From positions 27,546 through 91,545 of IMG/VR virus record IMGVR_UViG_3300045996_000667: a stretch of DNA of 64,000 nucleotides. One strand, 5' to 3'. The notes under the pieces were generated by a model. It saw only the letters and a list, made by a program, of their open reading frames with translations. It did no database searches and was not told the origin of the DNA. The position numbers were made by a program, and so were the translations under genes. Each line of letters begins with the position of its first letter. Position 1 is the first letter of the stretch. This stretch comes from a virus (taxonomy: Duplodnaviria > Heunggongvirae > Uroviricota > Caudoviricetes). This document shows, piece after piece, positions 44,285 to 54,061 of the stretch.

Positions 44285-44490
44285 TAACCATCCGAAGATT
44301 GTCCATTACAGCCAGGAATGTCCGCTCTGCCATAGCCTCACCGGCATCGCAGCGCTGACAGACCAGCTCGACGTTTGCCACTATGACCTCAGGACAGCTC
44401 GAGAAGCCACAGGAAACTAAGCCGCCGTTCCGAACCAACGAGGACGTCAAAGGTCCCGTCTGGGCTGGAGAACAAGGCGACTACTAGGAC

Positions 44491-44859
44491 ATGAAACGTA
44501 CAACACTAGGAAAGAAACTCAACCTGCCTCAGGGCCATATCATCGGTGCCCGCTGGGGAAACATCCCTGCCAAGTTTGTTAGGGCGCGCGTCGTCACGCT
44601 GACCGTGGCTGACCACCCGTCCAAGGACTACTGGGCGCGGCCATTCGTCGGCTATGACCGACGGGCGATCGAGATGACCATCCTGAACAGGGCTGGCGAC
44701 GTCGTTCACCAGTTCTATCTGGATGACAACGAAGGCAAGGGTGTCAAGGAACTCACAGTCGGCGGGGCTAATCCCGAGGGCTTCAAGATTCTCTTCCCAG
44801 CTGCCATCGTTCTAGATGCCTCCATCGCCCCGACCTACGGACTCACCACGAAGAACTAA
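44491..44859 (+). CDS. hypothetical protein
   Basis: ORF track. Confidence 0.5.
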   Translation: MKRTTLGKKLNLPQGHIIGARWGNIPAKFVRARVVTLTVADHPSKDYWARPFVGYDRRAIEMTILNRAGDVVHQFYLDDNEGKGVKELTVGGANPEGFKILFPAAIVLDASIAPTYGLTTKN

Positions 44860-45004
44860 GTGTGCCTTCTGCTCCTGGCAGTTGACACATCGGGTCCAAA
44901 ATGACAGTGGCAGCTTCTCTCGACTTTGGCGTTGCACATTGTGCAATCGAGAAATAGCTGCCACTTCGTTCGCCGGTCCTGACCACTCTCAGTCGTCTAG
45001 GTAA
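44816..45004 (+). CDS. small zinc-ribbon protein
   Basis: 'CAFCS...CTLCN'; contains the palindrome at 44932. Confidence 0.35.
   Translation: MPPSPRPTDSPRRTKCAFCSWQLTHRVQNDSGSFSRLWRCTLCNREIAATSFAGPDHSQSSR
44932..44946. repeat. palindrome TTGCACATTGTGCAA
   Basis: In the loop of a 9-bp-stem hairpin (44910-44972). Confidence 0.9.
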
Positions 45005-45166
45005 TCCTCCCAGTCCTCTTCGATTGCTAGGCATATCGTCCCGTCAGCATATGACCGGATGCATAGGCTAGTAGGAATCGAGCCGCGCTCTATCGGCCAC
45101 TGGTGAAGCGTGTACCGCTCCTCCACACTGACCGTTCCATGGGCTGCTGGTTTGTCATCCATGACG
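44993..45166 (-). CDS. small acidic protein (last gene of the minus-strand block)
   Basis: 57-aa ORF 'MDDKPAAHGTVSVEERY...'; below the track cutoff. Confidence 0.3.
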
Positions 45167-45296
45167 TCCTTCCCGTAGGCGCTTAGCCTTCTCGCTAAGC
45201 TTGGTTAGCTTCTCGACAAGCTCCTGATCGCGTTGCGGCTGCCGCCAGATTCGCAGGAGTGTCTTGAACAGACGAACAACCACAACGCACCTCCCA

Positions 45297-45593
45297 TTAC
45301 TCTAGAGCTCCAAAAAATTCATCGTTCTTATCCAAGGGACGCCGACACCACTGGCAGATGATTACGCCTTTGAAATCGACAGGCTTATGAGGCTGTGGAT
45401 CGTGGTGCTCGTTTGGTCCCTCGGCTAGGTCTGACAGGCAGTCGTCGCACCGGTCGCATGGCCACGTGCCCATAGACGACCAAGCCTGACGCCTGCCGCA
45501 CTTACATCTCAGGTATCGCATGTCTGTCCTAGTCCCGTAGCTGCCAGATACTAGGAAGTGGCTGCCGGGATGGCTTACCTGATAACTTGACAT
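45297..45593 (-). CDS. Cys-rich small protein ending in DEFFGALE
   Basis: 'CKCGRR...CDRCDDC...CQWC' and the EFFxAL-type motif at the C-terminus. Confidence 0.5.
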   Translation of the reverse strand: MSSYQVSHPGSHFLVSGSYGTRTDMRYLRCKCGRRQAWSSMGTWPCDRCDDCLSDLAEGPNEHHDPQPHKPVDFKGVIICQWCRRPLDKNDEFFGALE

Positions 45594-46318
45594 CCGACAC
45601 GGATACCAAGCGCTCTCAGGATGCCAGGCACCTTGGCCTCGCAGCCCACGCCCTGAAGCTTGTTCTGGGTGTCTGCCAGTTCTATCCGGAGACTGCCAAT
45701 TTCTGTCATCAACTCTTGGATGCGAGCATCCCGCTGCTCCACCTCATTAAAGGCTTCCTGGCGCGTTCTGATAGCCTCGGCTAGCTGACCCTTAGCCGCT
45801 AGTAGATCGTTCTCCAGGGAGGCAATACGGGCCGCTAGGACGGCTTCCTGACCATTGCTAGTCGGAGGTAGGACCGGAGGGGTCACCGCGCCGCCTCCAC
45901 AGGGCCTCGGAGCGTAGGGTGGGCCTCCCAAGTCGCGCCATTCCCACACTAGGTGCCCAGGTGCCCCGTCCCTTAGGGGACTGAACGGATGGCTGTAATA
46001 GCCGAGGTCGTCAGGCTGGGCGGTCGGCAGGAAGATGCGGCCAGCGATTCGCCCGCCGCCGCCAATCTGCTGTGTCAGCCCGTAGTAGCCATTGTCGGTA
46101 GGCACGACATTGGGATGGTAGCCAGCCGGCAACCCAGAGGCGCGAAGCACCTCAGCGAAGTCATCTGCAGGCTGGCCCTCCTCCCTACCAATGAGGCTGA
46201 AGAAGTAAGCCTTCGGATCGCTAAGGACGCCATTGTGGCAGCCAGGCACCTGAGCACTGGCCACGGTTGCACATTGTGCAAAGATCGCAGCGAGCATGAA
46301 TGTCTTAAAGTAGTTCAT
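45575..46318 (-). CDS. secreted protein with C-terminal coiled coil (candidate lysis/spanin-like or cell-wall protein)
   Basis: Signal peptide 'MLAAIFAQCATVASA|Q'; Gly/Pro-rich middle; coiled-coil tail. Confidence 0.5.
   Translation of the reverse strand: MNYFKTFMLAAIFAQCATVASAQVPGCHNGVLSDPKAYFFSLIGREEGQPADDFAEVLRASGLPAGYHPNVVPTDNGYYGLTQQIGGGGRIAGRIFLPTAQPDDLGYYSHPFSPLRDGAPGHLVWEWRDLGGPPYAPRPCGGGAVTPPVLPPTSNGQEAVLAARIASLENDLLAAKGQLAEAIRTRQEAFNEVEQRDARIQELMTEIGSLRIELADTQNKLQGVGCEAKVPGILRALGIRVGCQVIR
46267..46281. repeat. palindrome TTGCACATTGTGCAA
   Basis: Codons 13-17 of the minus-strand gene starting at 46318. Confidence 0.9.
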
Positions 46319-46838
46319 TGTCTGCCTCGTACTCGTTTGAGAGCGCTTCTAGATCGGCCTCCTCAAGTCGTAGGCGGCGAAGCTCGAAGTTCTCAATTCG
46401 TTTAATCCAGTTGCAGTTAGCGCACAGAAGCTGATACCTACCGTCGGTATCGTTCAGCGCCCTAAGATATATTGCGTAATGCCCAATAGCTCTGCGCTCC
46501 TCAGCGCCATCGCCGTGAACATGATCCAGCTGGAGTACGCGAGGATCATTAAACGGACAGCGGTTGCATTTATTTCCATATTTCTCTAACACCTTGTGTC
46601 GTAGTGTTCGGCGGTAAGAGTTTAGCCTCTCTTTGTTTTCTGCTTTGTGCCTAGAGGCGTATCGCCTTGCACCAGTTCGTGTCTTATCCTTGTCTCGCTT
46701 TACCTTTCCGGCATTGTATCTGGAACGGTTGTAGGAGTTAACGCACGACTTACACCACGTACTGATCCTTCTTGTATTACTTAAGAACGAGAATTCTGAT
46801 TCAAACTTGCTCGTTCCGCATTTAGTGCATTTCCTCAT
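46305..46838 (-). CDS. HNH endonuclease
   Basis: 'CNRCPF...LQLDHVHGDG...N...LCANCN'. Confidence 0.7.
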   Translation of the reverse strand: MRKCTKCGTSKFESEFSFLSNTRRISTWCKSCVNSYNRSRYNAGKVKRDKDKTRTGARRYASRHKAENKERLNSYRRTLRHKVLEKYGNKCNRCPFNDPRVLQLDHVHGDGAEERRAIGHYAIYLRALNDTDGRYQLLCANCNWIKRIENFELRRLRLEEADLEALSNEYEADNELL

Positions 46839-47497
46839 CGCAGTCTGTCAATGACCCCCAGATCTAGCCACTTGCTAAACTTGTCAGGCTCTCTCAGGAT
46901 GTCCGAGTGCCCGCAGTGGTCGCAGGCAGTGTTCCTATCCGCCCGATAGGCCTTGCGCTCGCCGCCCACCCTGCCATCACCGAACTGCCCTGCAATCTGG
47001 ATAGAGTCGTCGCCGGTAGGGTCATAGAGATGTTCCCAATATGAAATGTGAGGCCTCGCCTTAGCGGTCTGAGCATCCATGTCAGCCCTGAGCGGGCTGG
47101 CCACGCTAATCAGTTTGTTGACTGGGCAGGGCTTGTCGTTCTTGCGAGGGCCGCCAACGGCATACAGCACGACCTGGAGTCCGTGGCTGTGAGCGATAAT
47201 GTTGCGGTCCTTCAAGGGGATGCTGGCTAGGTAGTAGCGAAGAGCTCGCCCGCCGGCGCGCCAGTCTCGGTGCTCCTTACTGCCGAACCAGTTCTGCGGG
47301 AGCCAACCGAACGCGCCATCGAGATCACCTGACCATTCGAACGGCTCTGCCGGGTCGAATAGGATGATGCCGTGGCTGTTGAGGAACTGAATGAAGGGAT
47401 GCTCGGCCTCGTACCAGTGCTTGTAGTGCGGTGGCGGGGTGTCTTCGTTGCAGAAGCCGCTGGTGCCGAATACGGGGATAACCTTGACGATGCCCAT
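46835..47497 (-). CDS. alpha/beta-hydrolase esterase/lipase (candidate lysis esterase)
   Basis: Nucleophile-elbow-like 'AHSHG'; adjacent to the endolysin. Confidence 0.5.
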   Translation of the reverse strand: MGIVKVIPVFGTSGFCNEDTPPPHYKHWYEAEHPFIQFLNSHGIILFDPAEPFEWSGDLDGAFGWLPQNWFGSKEHRDWRAGGRALRYYLASIPLKDRNIIAHSHGLQVVLYAVGGPRKNDKPCPVNKLISVASPLRADMDAQTAKARPHISYWEHLYDPTGDDSIQIAGQFGDGRVGGERKAYRADRNTACDHCGHSDILREPDKFSKWLDLGVIDRLR

Positions 47498-47536
47498 GAG
47501 GGATGCTGGGGCCGAACCCAGCCCTCGTGTTACCGA

Positions 47537-47770
47537 CTACAGGAACTTGATGTCCCGTGTGCCGTCTAGACCTTCCTCCAGCTCGATGTTCAGCTGGGGC
47601 TGCAGCTTGGCGAAGATTTCTGGCCTAATCTGAATTGCCAAGCGGCCACGTTTCGTGCGATACAGAACACCCTTCGATGAGAGCAGCGCGTTGCGAACAC
47701 GGGCGCCGCGAGGTGTGTCGATGATGTCGTTGACGTCGATTGCAATTACTCGAGACTCTGTCGATTTATC
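47537..47770 (-). CDS. hypothetical protein
   Basis: GTG start 14 nt after the endolysin stop, within track ORF 47537..47860. Confidence 0.35.
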   Translation of the reverse strand, partial: DKSTESRVIAIDVNDIIDTPRGARVRNALLSSKGVLYRTKRGRLAIQIRPEIFAKLQPQLNIELEEGLDGTRDIKFL

Positions 47771-47784
47771 AAACACTGAGATAC

Positions 47785-48255
47785 CTAGACCGTTGCTAGC
47801 AGCGTGTCCATCGCTAGCCACACTGCGCGAATCCCGCCTGCTTGATAGTGCTGTTGGCACTCCTTGACCGACATGCCAGGCAGTTCAACATGCGGTTTGT
47901 CTACGAACTTCCAGTCCCCACCCCACGCCAAGCCAACAGCCTTGGCAGCATCGCCAATCTCTGACCAGACGCTATCCTTGGCAACCCAGTCAGGCTTGCC
48001 AGCCACGTAGGGACACACGTCTACGGCCAAGCCGTAGTTGTGATTCGACTCGCCACCCTTGGCCTTGGTGACGATCTTGCCAGGCGCTGTTCGGCCCTTG
48101 GCATACAGGGCATCCTGCTCTGCAAAGGTTCGCAGGCCCTGAACGACTTCTATCTGGATGCTGTAGTTGTCCATCAAGGCTTCTGCCATCTGATAGACCC
48201 TGCTAGCGAGCACAGGATGAACCTGCTCCAGCCTCTTGATAGATGTCTTAGTCAC
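47785..48255 (-). CDS. endolysin, peptidase M15 (L-Ala-D-Glu/VanY-like)
   Basis: 'GGESNHNYGLAVDV' and 'WGGDW..DKPHVE' Zn-binding motifs. Confidence 0.75.
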   Translation of the reverse strand: MTKTSIKRLEQVHPVLASRVYQMAEALMDNYSIQIEVVQGLRTFAEQDALYAKGRTAPGKIVTKAKGGESNHNYGLAVDVCPYVAGKPDWVAKDSVWSEIGDAAKAVGLAWGGDWKFVDKPHVELPGMSVKECQQHYQAGGIRAVWLAMDTLLATV

Positions 48256-48787
48256 GCGAGTTCATGACCTCGTGGAACAACTCGGTGCCGGCAATCGCGA
48301 GGTCGCCAACTCCCCTGTTGTTCTTGATGTAGTAGTCGTACGGATAGTCATCGAGCTGGACTTCCGTAATGTGGTTTGGATCCCTGTCAGCCGTTACGAA
48401 GACAGTTCCGTCAGGGTTATAGCGAGTCACGTTCACCATGACACCGCCGACAGACCTGATAAACTCGGCCTCGTTGGTCTGCCTGACATCGGTCACTAGG
48501 GCAACCGGCGGCCGCATCTCCTCGATGAACCAGTAGAGCGCCTTAATCCAGACCAGAGGGTCAGCCCTGCGAAGGTCCTGTCCGACGAACTGCAGGAGGC
48601 TGCCATCCTTCTTGGTCATGCCGTAGCTTGACCGGCAGACAGCCTTGAGAGCATCTGCAAACGCGAACCGGCGAACCTGTCGAGGGTGCATCGAGACGAT
48701 CCCCTCGGCTACTGTGTCCTTGCCGTGCCTAGCCTTGTGACCAAGGCCGATGAACGTGACGCCTGGAATTGGCGCGAACTCAGCCAA
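48248..48787 (-). CDS. deoxynucleoside monophosphate kinase (T4 gp1-like)
   Basis: 'VTFIGLGHKARHGKDTVAEGIVS' vs T4 Dnk 'LIFLSGVKRSGKDTTADFI'. Confidence 0.65.
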   Translation of the reverse strand: MAEFAPIPGVTFIGLGHKARHGKDTVAEGIVSMHPRQVRRFAFADALKAVCRSSYGMTKKDGSLLQFVGQDLRRADPLVWIKALYWFIEEMRPPVALVTDVRQTNEAEFIRSVGGVMVNVTRYNPDGTVFVTADRDPNHITEVQLDDYPYDYYIKNNRGVGDLAIAGTELFHEVMNSRD

Positions 48788-48977
48788 GGTCTTTGGTCAT
48801 CCAGTGAATGTCGATGTCCCAGTCGTTGAGTTCCTTGCCAGGCAACACTTTCACTAAATCTAGCGGCTTGAACTTCTTAGCGGCTTCCTCTGCTTCTGCG
48901 AACGAGTTTGCCGTTACGTCAACTCCCACCTGAAGCACGACTTTAAACGTTACGTGAACTTTCTGTTTCTCTGCCAT
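48780..48977 (-). CDS. hypothetical protein
   Basis: ORF track. Confidence 0.45.
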   Translation of the reverse strand: MAEKQKVHVTFKVVLQVGVDVTANSFAEAEEAAKKFKPLDLVKVLPGKELNDWDIDIHWMTKDLG

Positions 48978-49768
48978 TAGCCCTTGTAAACCTTGCCATT
49001 TACCGCAAAGCGGTTGTTAGTAATAACGACTACGGAGTCGTTGTAGGACCCGTCTGGGAAGATGTAGCCGTAGAGGAAGCCTGTGAGCCAGCTGTTAGGC
49101 GCGCTTCTGCCATAGCCAGGAGCCTTTTTGCAAAGGCACGGCACAGCGATCGAAGTGCGGGCGTCTGTAATATCAATAGCGCTAATCTTCGTAGCACTCT
49201 GAAAAGTGTGGAAATGGCCATAGCGGATCGACCTTTCGTAGGCGAGGATGGCGGCATTCGCGTGGTAGCGCCCGCCCAACGTGTCGCCGTGCATGAAGTG
49301 CAGCTTGCCAATCTTGGCAACGCCGCCCTGAGGGATGACCGTCCAGCCGGACTCTGTCAGCCCGAGGAGCTGGTCGATGTCGACAATGCCTTCCAGACCT
49401 GGGTAGTCCTCGAGGAGGTCTAGGAGAAAGCGCTCATGATTGCCAAGGATGATGATCTTCTGGGCGTCACCGGCCACTTCGTTGATAGGAGCGAGGAGGC
49501 CGTCCTTGGCGTGGCGGGTATCCTCGACAACGCGAAGCCCCTCGATGGACTTGCGCTTGCTCTTGTTCCAATGGGAAACGGCGCCCAGATCGAGCAGGTC
49601 GCCACCGTGAATGAAGATGTCTGGCTTGAAATCCGAGGCGAACTGCAGGACCGCGTCAATCGCCCGCGCGTCGTGCATCTCGACCTTCTTGCCCTGCTTA
49701 TTCTCAGACCCGTAGTGCGTGTCGGTGATGAAAATAAACTTCTTGGGCTCCTTGTTCTTTTCTGCCAA
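48977..49768 (-). CDS. calcineurin-like metallophosphoesterase
   Basis: 'ITDTHYG', 'HGGDLLD', 'ILGNHERF', 'GHFH' motifs. Confidence 0.75.
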   Translation of the reverse strand: MAEKNKEPKKFIFITDTHYGSENKQGKKVEMHDARAIDAVLQFASDFKPDIFIHGGDLLDLGAVSHWNKSKRKSIEGLRVVEDTRHAKDGLLAPINEVAGDAQKIIILGNHERFLLDLLEDYPGLEGIVDIDQLLGLTESGWTVIPQGGVAKIGKLHFMHGDTLGGRYHANAAILAYERSIRYGHFHTFQSATKISAIDITDARTSIAVPCLCKKAPGYGRSAPNSWLTGFLYGYIFPDGSYNDSVVVITNNRFAVNGKVYKG

Positions 49769-49770
49769 GT

Positions 49771-50100
49771 TTAGGTAACCTTTAGAAGGCGCTTAAGCGC
49801 GTGATATCTATCAGCGCCTAGCCGTTCCTTGATGAGACGATAGAGGCCTGTCTTCCAACTGACGTGAATGTCAGCCGAGGCAATCATGAACAGCAGACTA
49901 GCGATCTGGTCGTCGTCAAAACGAGCATGGTCGAAGGTCTTGCAGTTCAGGCTGATGATGGCGTCATACAACTTGGCCCCGCGAAGGTCAGCCGAGAACA
50001 ACGTCTTGTTGCTCAGGTCCTGACCTCGCAGGTCCTCATCGCGTAGAATCGCACCCACCAGGTCATCGTCCTTGTGGATTTTCACACTCACAGAATACAC
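49771..50100 (-). CDS. pentapeptide-repeat protein
   Basis: 'EDLRGQDLSNKTLFSADLRGAKL' tandem A(D/N)LxX-type pentapeptides. Confidence 0.6.
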   Translation of the reverse strand: MYSVSVKIHKDDDLVGAILRDEDLRGQDLSNKTLFSADLRGAKLYDAIISLNCKTFDHARFDDDQIASLLFMIASADIHVSWKTGLYRLIKERLGADRYHALKRLLKVT

Positions 50101-50144
50101 GAGGATTCTGTGGGTTTTGCCCTATTTGATTAGGTATGGGAGGG

Positions 50145-53100
50145 CTAAATCGCGCGCCAGCCGGTATTACCGGTGCCCGATTCCTTCACATAAAGGGTAG
50201 TGCTCGTGCCGCCGGCCGTGTTCAGGTAGATCGAACCAGGCGGTGCCGTCACGGTGCCTTCCGGTGTGCCAGTTCCCTGCAGGATCTGTCCTGAAGCGGC
50301 TGCCGAATACGCTGCGATAGGCACGCTATTCTGTTGCGTTCCCTCTACGCCCAATAGGTTATAGGTGTTCACAGCAATGTCAGACATGTAAGTCACGTCA
50401 GGCAGGAACACTGTTACATAGTTGGTCGAGATGGTCACCTCTGTTCCGGTTGGCGCAATCTCATTCGTTACGCCATCACCTTTGAATATGATAGGCGCAC
50501 CAGCGTAGCTTCCGTTGCGAATGATGTATCCCGCTAGGTCCGAGTCGTCGTCAGGTATAGGGATCACCACGGTGGTTCCCTCTGCCCTCACGACTGCTGA
50601 CGCTTCGCTCATGACGATGTTGTTGGTGCGAGGATATCGGACCCTGAATACTGCGCTCTGTTTAGAGTATCGGTATTCTCCAGTTTCGCTGTTGAAGCTA
50701 AACGGCCTAGCGTAGAACGTCTCGTCCTTCTGCGACCGGGTGAATTCGAACGTAGTCGTAAACCTTCCCCAGTAGTTCGGCTGACCCCAGCCTGTATCGT
50801 CCTTGCGGACTTCGATGCCGTCAGCCCCAGGCGGAAGACCTGCTACCGCGACTGAAGCTACAAGGTGGTCGGCAGTGAACAGGTAGTTCGTAAGATTTGG
50901 TGGATTCGGTAGTCCGTCAACGATGTCAGCCAGCTCGTCAGCGTCATCCACCGAGATGACTGGATCCTCAAGACTGGTCCTTCGCTTGAGCAGCAGCTCA
51001 CGCAAGACAGTCTCGTATCTAGTGACGGGTCCGAATGTGACGTCAAACCGGTAAGCATTCTTACCAAGGAATGCGCTATTGATAGTCCTGAGAGTCACCC
51101 ACTCGTCAATCTGGCTATCTGGCAAATCGATCCGTAGCCTGACAGCGTCACCAGGCATTGGCCAGATTCTCAGTTCTGTCGGCGTGCCCTCCACGGCCTC
51201 GAAGGAATATGATCCTTCGTAGTGCGAGGACTGGTTGTCGAGCAGATACGCTTGCGCCAAGGCAAGACACTCGTCAGAGTTGCGAGGCGTCGGGTTGATG
51301 TCGTCAGCCCGGATAATCTTCTGCCGCACTCCGTCGTCCCTGAACAGCGCCTTCTCGGCAGCAATCGACTCTGTGTTGCGCACACGGGCCGACGCCTGCT
51401 GCTTGCGGTAGTAAGTGATCTCGATTTCAGATCCAGACTTTGGAATCGTAATCACCTGAGGCACTGACTCTCGAGACTTCGTGTATAGCTCAGCAATCTG
51501 CGCCGGCGTCAGTACCACTCCCCTGAACAGAGCAACCTCGTCTAGCGCACCGAAGAACGTCCCGCCAGTGGTTGACACGCCGTTATAGAACTGTCCCATG
51601 CAACACGCAGCGACATGGTTAGTCATGCTAATAGACGCACCGGCATCCGGTTGACCGTCTATATACAGCGAGGTGAGCGGGTCGTTGTGTGTCCAGACGA
51701 CGTTGTGCCACGCACCATCTGCCAGTCCTGTCCGGATCGACGGCACCAGCGCTGAGGCCGCGCTCGCGCCACCAGTCCTCAGGAATAGCTGTCCATTGCT
51801 GATAAATATCTCACGTCCGAGGTCGCCAGTATCCCTAGTCGTCCATAGAATCTGCTCAGCGCTATCATTGACGGGAGTCCTGAACCAGAACGAAACAGTG
51901 AACTGTGAGCCCATCTGAATCTGGTTCGCCATGATAACGTTGGTAGCGTAGGTAAAACCTAGCGCCGTTCCACCCTCACCGATGGCACCTTCCTGACCGA
52001 AGACAGGTGCCGTCAACTGTCCGTAGCCACCGTTATCGGCCTGGAAGGCATTACCAGATGAATCATAGGCGAACAGTCCAGACGTCTCCTCAAACCTTAG
52101 GTAGTGTGAGGGCTGGTAGCGCTTAATAAGGCTCGTATATGATACGTCCTTCAGTGGGGACTCAGACGCATACCAGTTCAGTTTGCCTTTGCCGTCGTCT
52201 ACCGTAATCTCGCATCGGCCGCCATCCAGATACGACCCGATCTTCGTAGTCTTTCCGTTCACCGTGACGATGGCCTGCTGAGGCCTCGAGACACGGACGA
52301 AGTTCATCACGAAGTGGGCGTCCTGGCTGATTAGCGGCGTATACAGTGCGAACGGTTCTGGGGACTGGTCCGTCAGCATTGCCAGCACTTCCCTCGTGGC
52401 CGATGTCACGTTCTCTTCGTCGTCGTTGTTGATCTCCTCGACCTGCCACGACACCGTAGAGTAGGGGTAGAAGTTATTCGTGATGGAGGCCGAAAACCAG
52501 TTCGACGTGCTGTATGCCTGCCCCTGCCCATACGGACGTTTGATGTGCAGAAACTTACGAAGGATGTAGTGCCTAGACTTCTTGAACCAGTAGACCTGAG
52601 GCTGAATGGCTCCATTGAATACTGGCTGAAGCAGACCCCATTCCGATGTCGTCGTGAACAGGTTCATATACCAGCCGGCGAACATGTTCGCAGTGCTGAC
52701 AGTGTCTGATGTGTGCAGGCCTCCTAGGTACGCCACGCCCGCAGCTGTGCTGGGATTGAAATAGATCTCGCCGTCGCGGCACTCTATCACTCCCGCTAGT
52801 TCGATGGGCTTTACAGCACGCAGAAATGTTGTGAACGTTCCAAGGCCTTCCCCGCCAACGATGTTCAGAGCGCCATCGAATGGCTGGATGAAATTCGATG
52901 GGTCCTCTACTTCCCAGGTTCCAGAGTCCAGTGAGCCTGTCAGATCGTCATCGATGATCTTGTTCTCTTCTAGGCCGAATGGTTCGAAGGCAAGGTTATG
53001 GAATCCCTGATAGCCGTCTGAGACGAACTTCTCAGTGACGACGTCTGCTGGCTCATCCTCGCCAAAGACTGTCACGTCGTTGACGATGTCCTTGGATACG

Positions 53101-53789
53101 CGCCTAACGGTTGCCACGTATGGCACCCACCTAGGATCGTCTTCGTCAATGGTCAGGTTATAAAGCGGATCTCCGGTCGAGTTTACCTCATCCTGTGGTC
53201 CATAGTAGAGTAGGCTCTCCAGAACCCAACAGGCGAAGCCATCAGCCTTGGCGAAGTCAGCTGCAACGTCCGACCACTTCTTGTCCGTGTCAACCTCGTA
53301 AAGCATCTCCAGGCCGCCGTCTGACACGCCTGACAGGTCATAGGGAACCTGGTCAGGGAACATGCGACGAATCAGGTCTGACAGAATGAACCCGCGAGTT
53401 TTGTTGACATACGTGACTGGCGGCAGTCTATGGATATTGGCTAGATATTCCTCAGACGTGCAAGTCAGGTCGTAGCCCCACTGGACGGAACCGTCGGGGG
53501 CTTCACCCATTACGGTAGGCTCAGGCTCCTCTGTAACGTAGCCTGTGAACAGAACGCCATCGGTCGTGAGTCGGTGGCGCCTATCCCACGTAGTATCCAC
53601 GAACTTGACAAACGCACCTCTCCTAGGAGCTACCCAGTTGGCTAGCTCAGGAAGGCGGGCGACCCTGAAGTTGAACACCTGAGGAAGGTTCATCTCGTGC
53701 TGCACGAACCCATCCGGATCCTCTATGAACTTGGAGAAGTCCCTCAGGCCCCACCCGTCTCGATTGTCAAGATACAGATACTGTGCCAT
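50145..53789 (-). CDS. large tail fibre/baseplate protein with LamG (concanavalin-A-like) domain
   Basis: 1214 aa; 'LRFEETSG...SFWFRT...DGAWHNVVWT...LYIDG' matches the Laminin_G_3 pattern; position downstream of the tape-measure gene. Confidence 0.65.
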   Translation of the reverse strand: MAQYLYLDNRDGWGLRDFSKFIEDPDGFVQHEMNLPQVFNFRVARLPELANWVAPRRGAFVKFVDTTWDRRHRLTTDGVLFTGYVTEEPEPTVMGEAPDGSVQWGYDLTCTSEEYLANIHRLPPVTYVNKTRGFILSDLIRRMFPDQVPYDLSGVSDGGLEMLYEVDTDKKWSDVAADFAKADGFACWVLESLLYYGPQDEVNSTGDPLYNLTIDEDDPRWVPYVATVRRVSKDIVNDVTVFGEDEPADVVTEKFVSDGYQGFHNLAFEPFGLEENKIIDDDLTGSLDSGTWEVEDPSNFIQPFDGALNIVGGEGLGTFTTFLRAVKPIELAGVIECRDGEIYFNPSTAAGVAYLGGLHTSDTVSTANMFAGWYMNLFTTTSEWGLLQPVFNGAIQPQVYWFKKSRHYILRKFLHIKRPYGQGQAYSTSNWFSASITNNFYPYSTVSWQVEEINNDDEENVTSATREVLAMLTDQSPEPFALYTPLISQDAHFVMNFVRVSRPQQAIVTVNGKTTKIGSYLDGGRCEITVDDGKGKLNWYASESPLKDVSYTSLIKRYQPSHYLRFEETSGLFAYDSSGNAFQADNGGYGQLTAPVFGQEGAIGEGGTALGFTYATNVIMANQIQMGSQFTVSFWFRTPVNDSAEQILWTTRDTGDLGREIFISNGQLFLRTGGASAASALVPSIRTGLADGAWHNVVWTHNDPLTSLYIDGQPDAGASISMTNHVAACCMGQFYNGVSTTGGTFFGALDEVALFRGVVLTPAQIAELYTKSRESVPQVITIPKSGSEIEITYYRKQQASARVRNTESIAAEKALFRDDGVRQKIIRADDINPTPRNSDECLALAQAYLLDNQSSHYEGSYSFEAVEGTPTELRIWPMPGDAVRLRIDLPDSQIDEWVTLRTINSAFLGKNAYRFDVTFGPVTRYETVLRELLLKRRTSLEDPVISVDDADELADIVDGLPNPPNLTNYLFTADHLVASVAVAGLPPGADGIEVRKDDTGWGQPNYWGRFTTTFEFTRSQKDETFYARPFSFNSETGEYRYSKQSAVFRVRYPRTNNIVMSEASAVVRAEGTTVVIPIPDDDSDLAGYIIRNGSYAGAPIIFKGDGVTNEIAPTGTEVTISTNYVTVFLPDVTYMSDIAVNTYNLLGVEGTQQNSVPIAAYSAAASGQILQGTGTPEGTVTAPPGSIYLNTAGGTSTTLYVKESGTGNTGWRAI

Positions 53790-54026
53790 TTACTTTGAGC
53801 GTCGAATGTCGTCCCTGAGATTGCGAAGCTCGATAACGACCTGCTCCAGCTTGCCGTCTATCAAGTAGATTCGCTTGATATCTTCCTGGTGGTCGGCTAG
53901 TTGCTTCTTCATCTGCTCGATTTCTGTAGCTGCAACTGCCTGTTGACGCCACGCCGTCAAGGCGCTAGCCCCAACTGCCAGCACGCCAGACAGGGCGTAG
54001 CTAATTACTTTCTCTCTGAATTCCAT
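53790..54026 (-). CDS. small membrane-anchored coiled-coil protein
   Basis: N-terminal TM 'ISYALSGVLAVGASALTAW' then coiled coil. Confidence 0.45.
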   Translation of the reverse strand: MEFREKVISYALSGVLAVGASALTAWRQQAVAATEIEQMKKQLADHQEDIKRIYLIDGKLEQVVIELRNLRDDIRRSK

Positions 54027-54061
54027 GGTTCGTCCCCGAGCAGATTGGAGCCCGCTCTATG

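Noticed and set aside
48248-48787. P-loop protein as polynucleotide kinase completing a PNKP-type repair system
   Set aside because: The N-terminus matches T4 gp1 dNMP kinase (FLSGVKRSGKDT) much better; called dNMP kinase.
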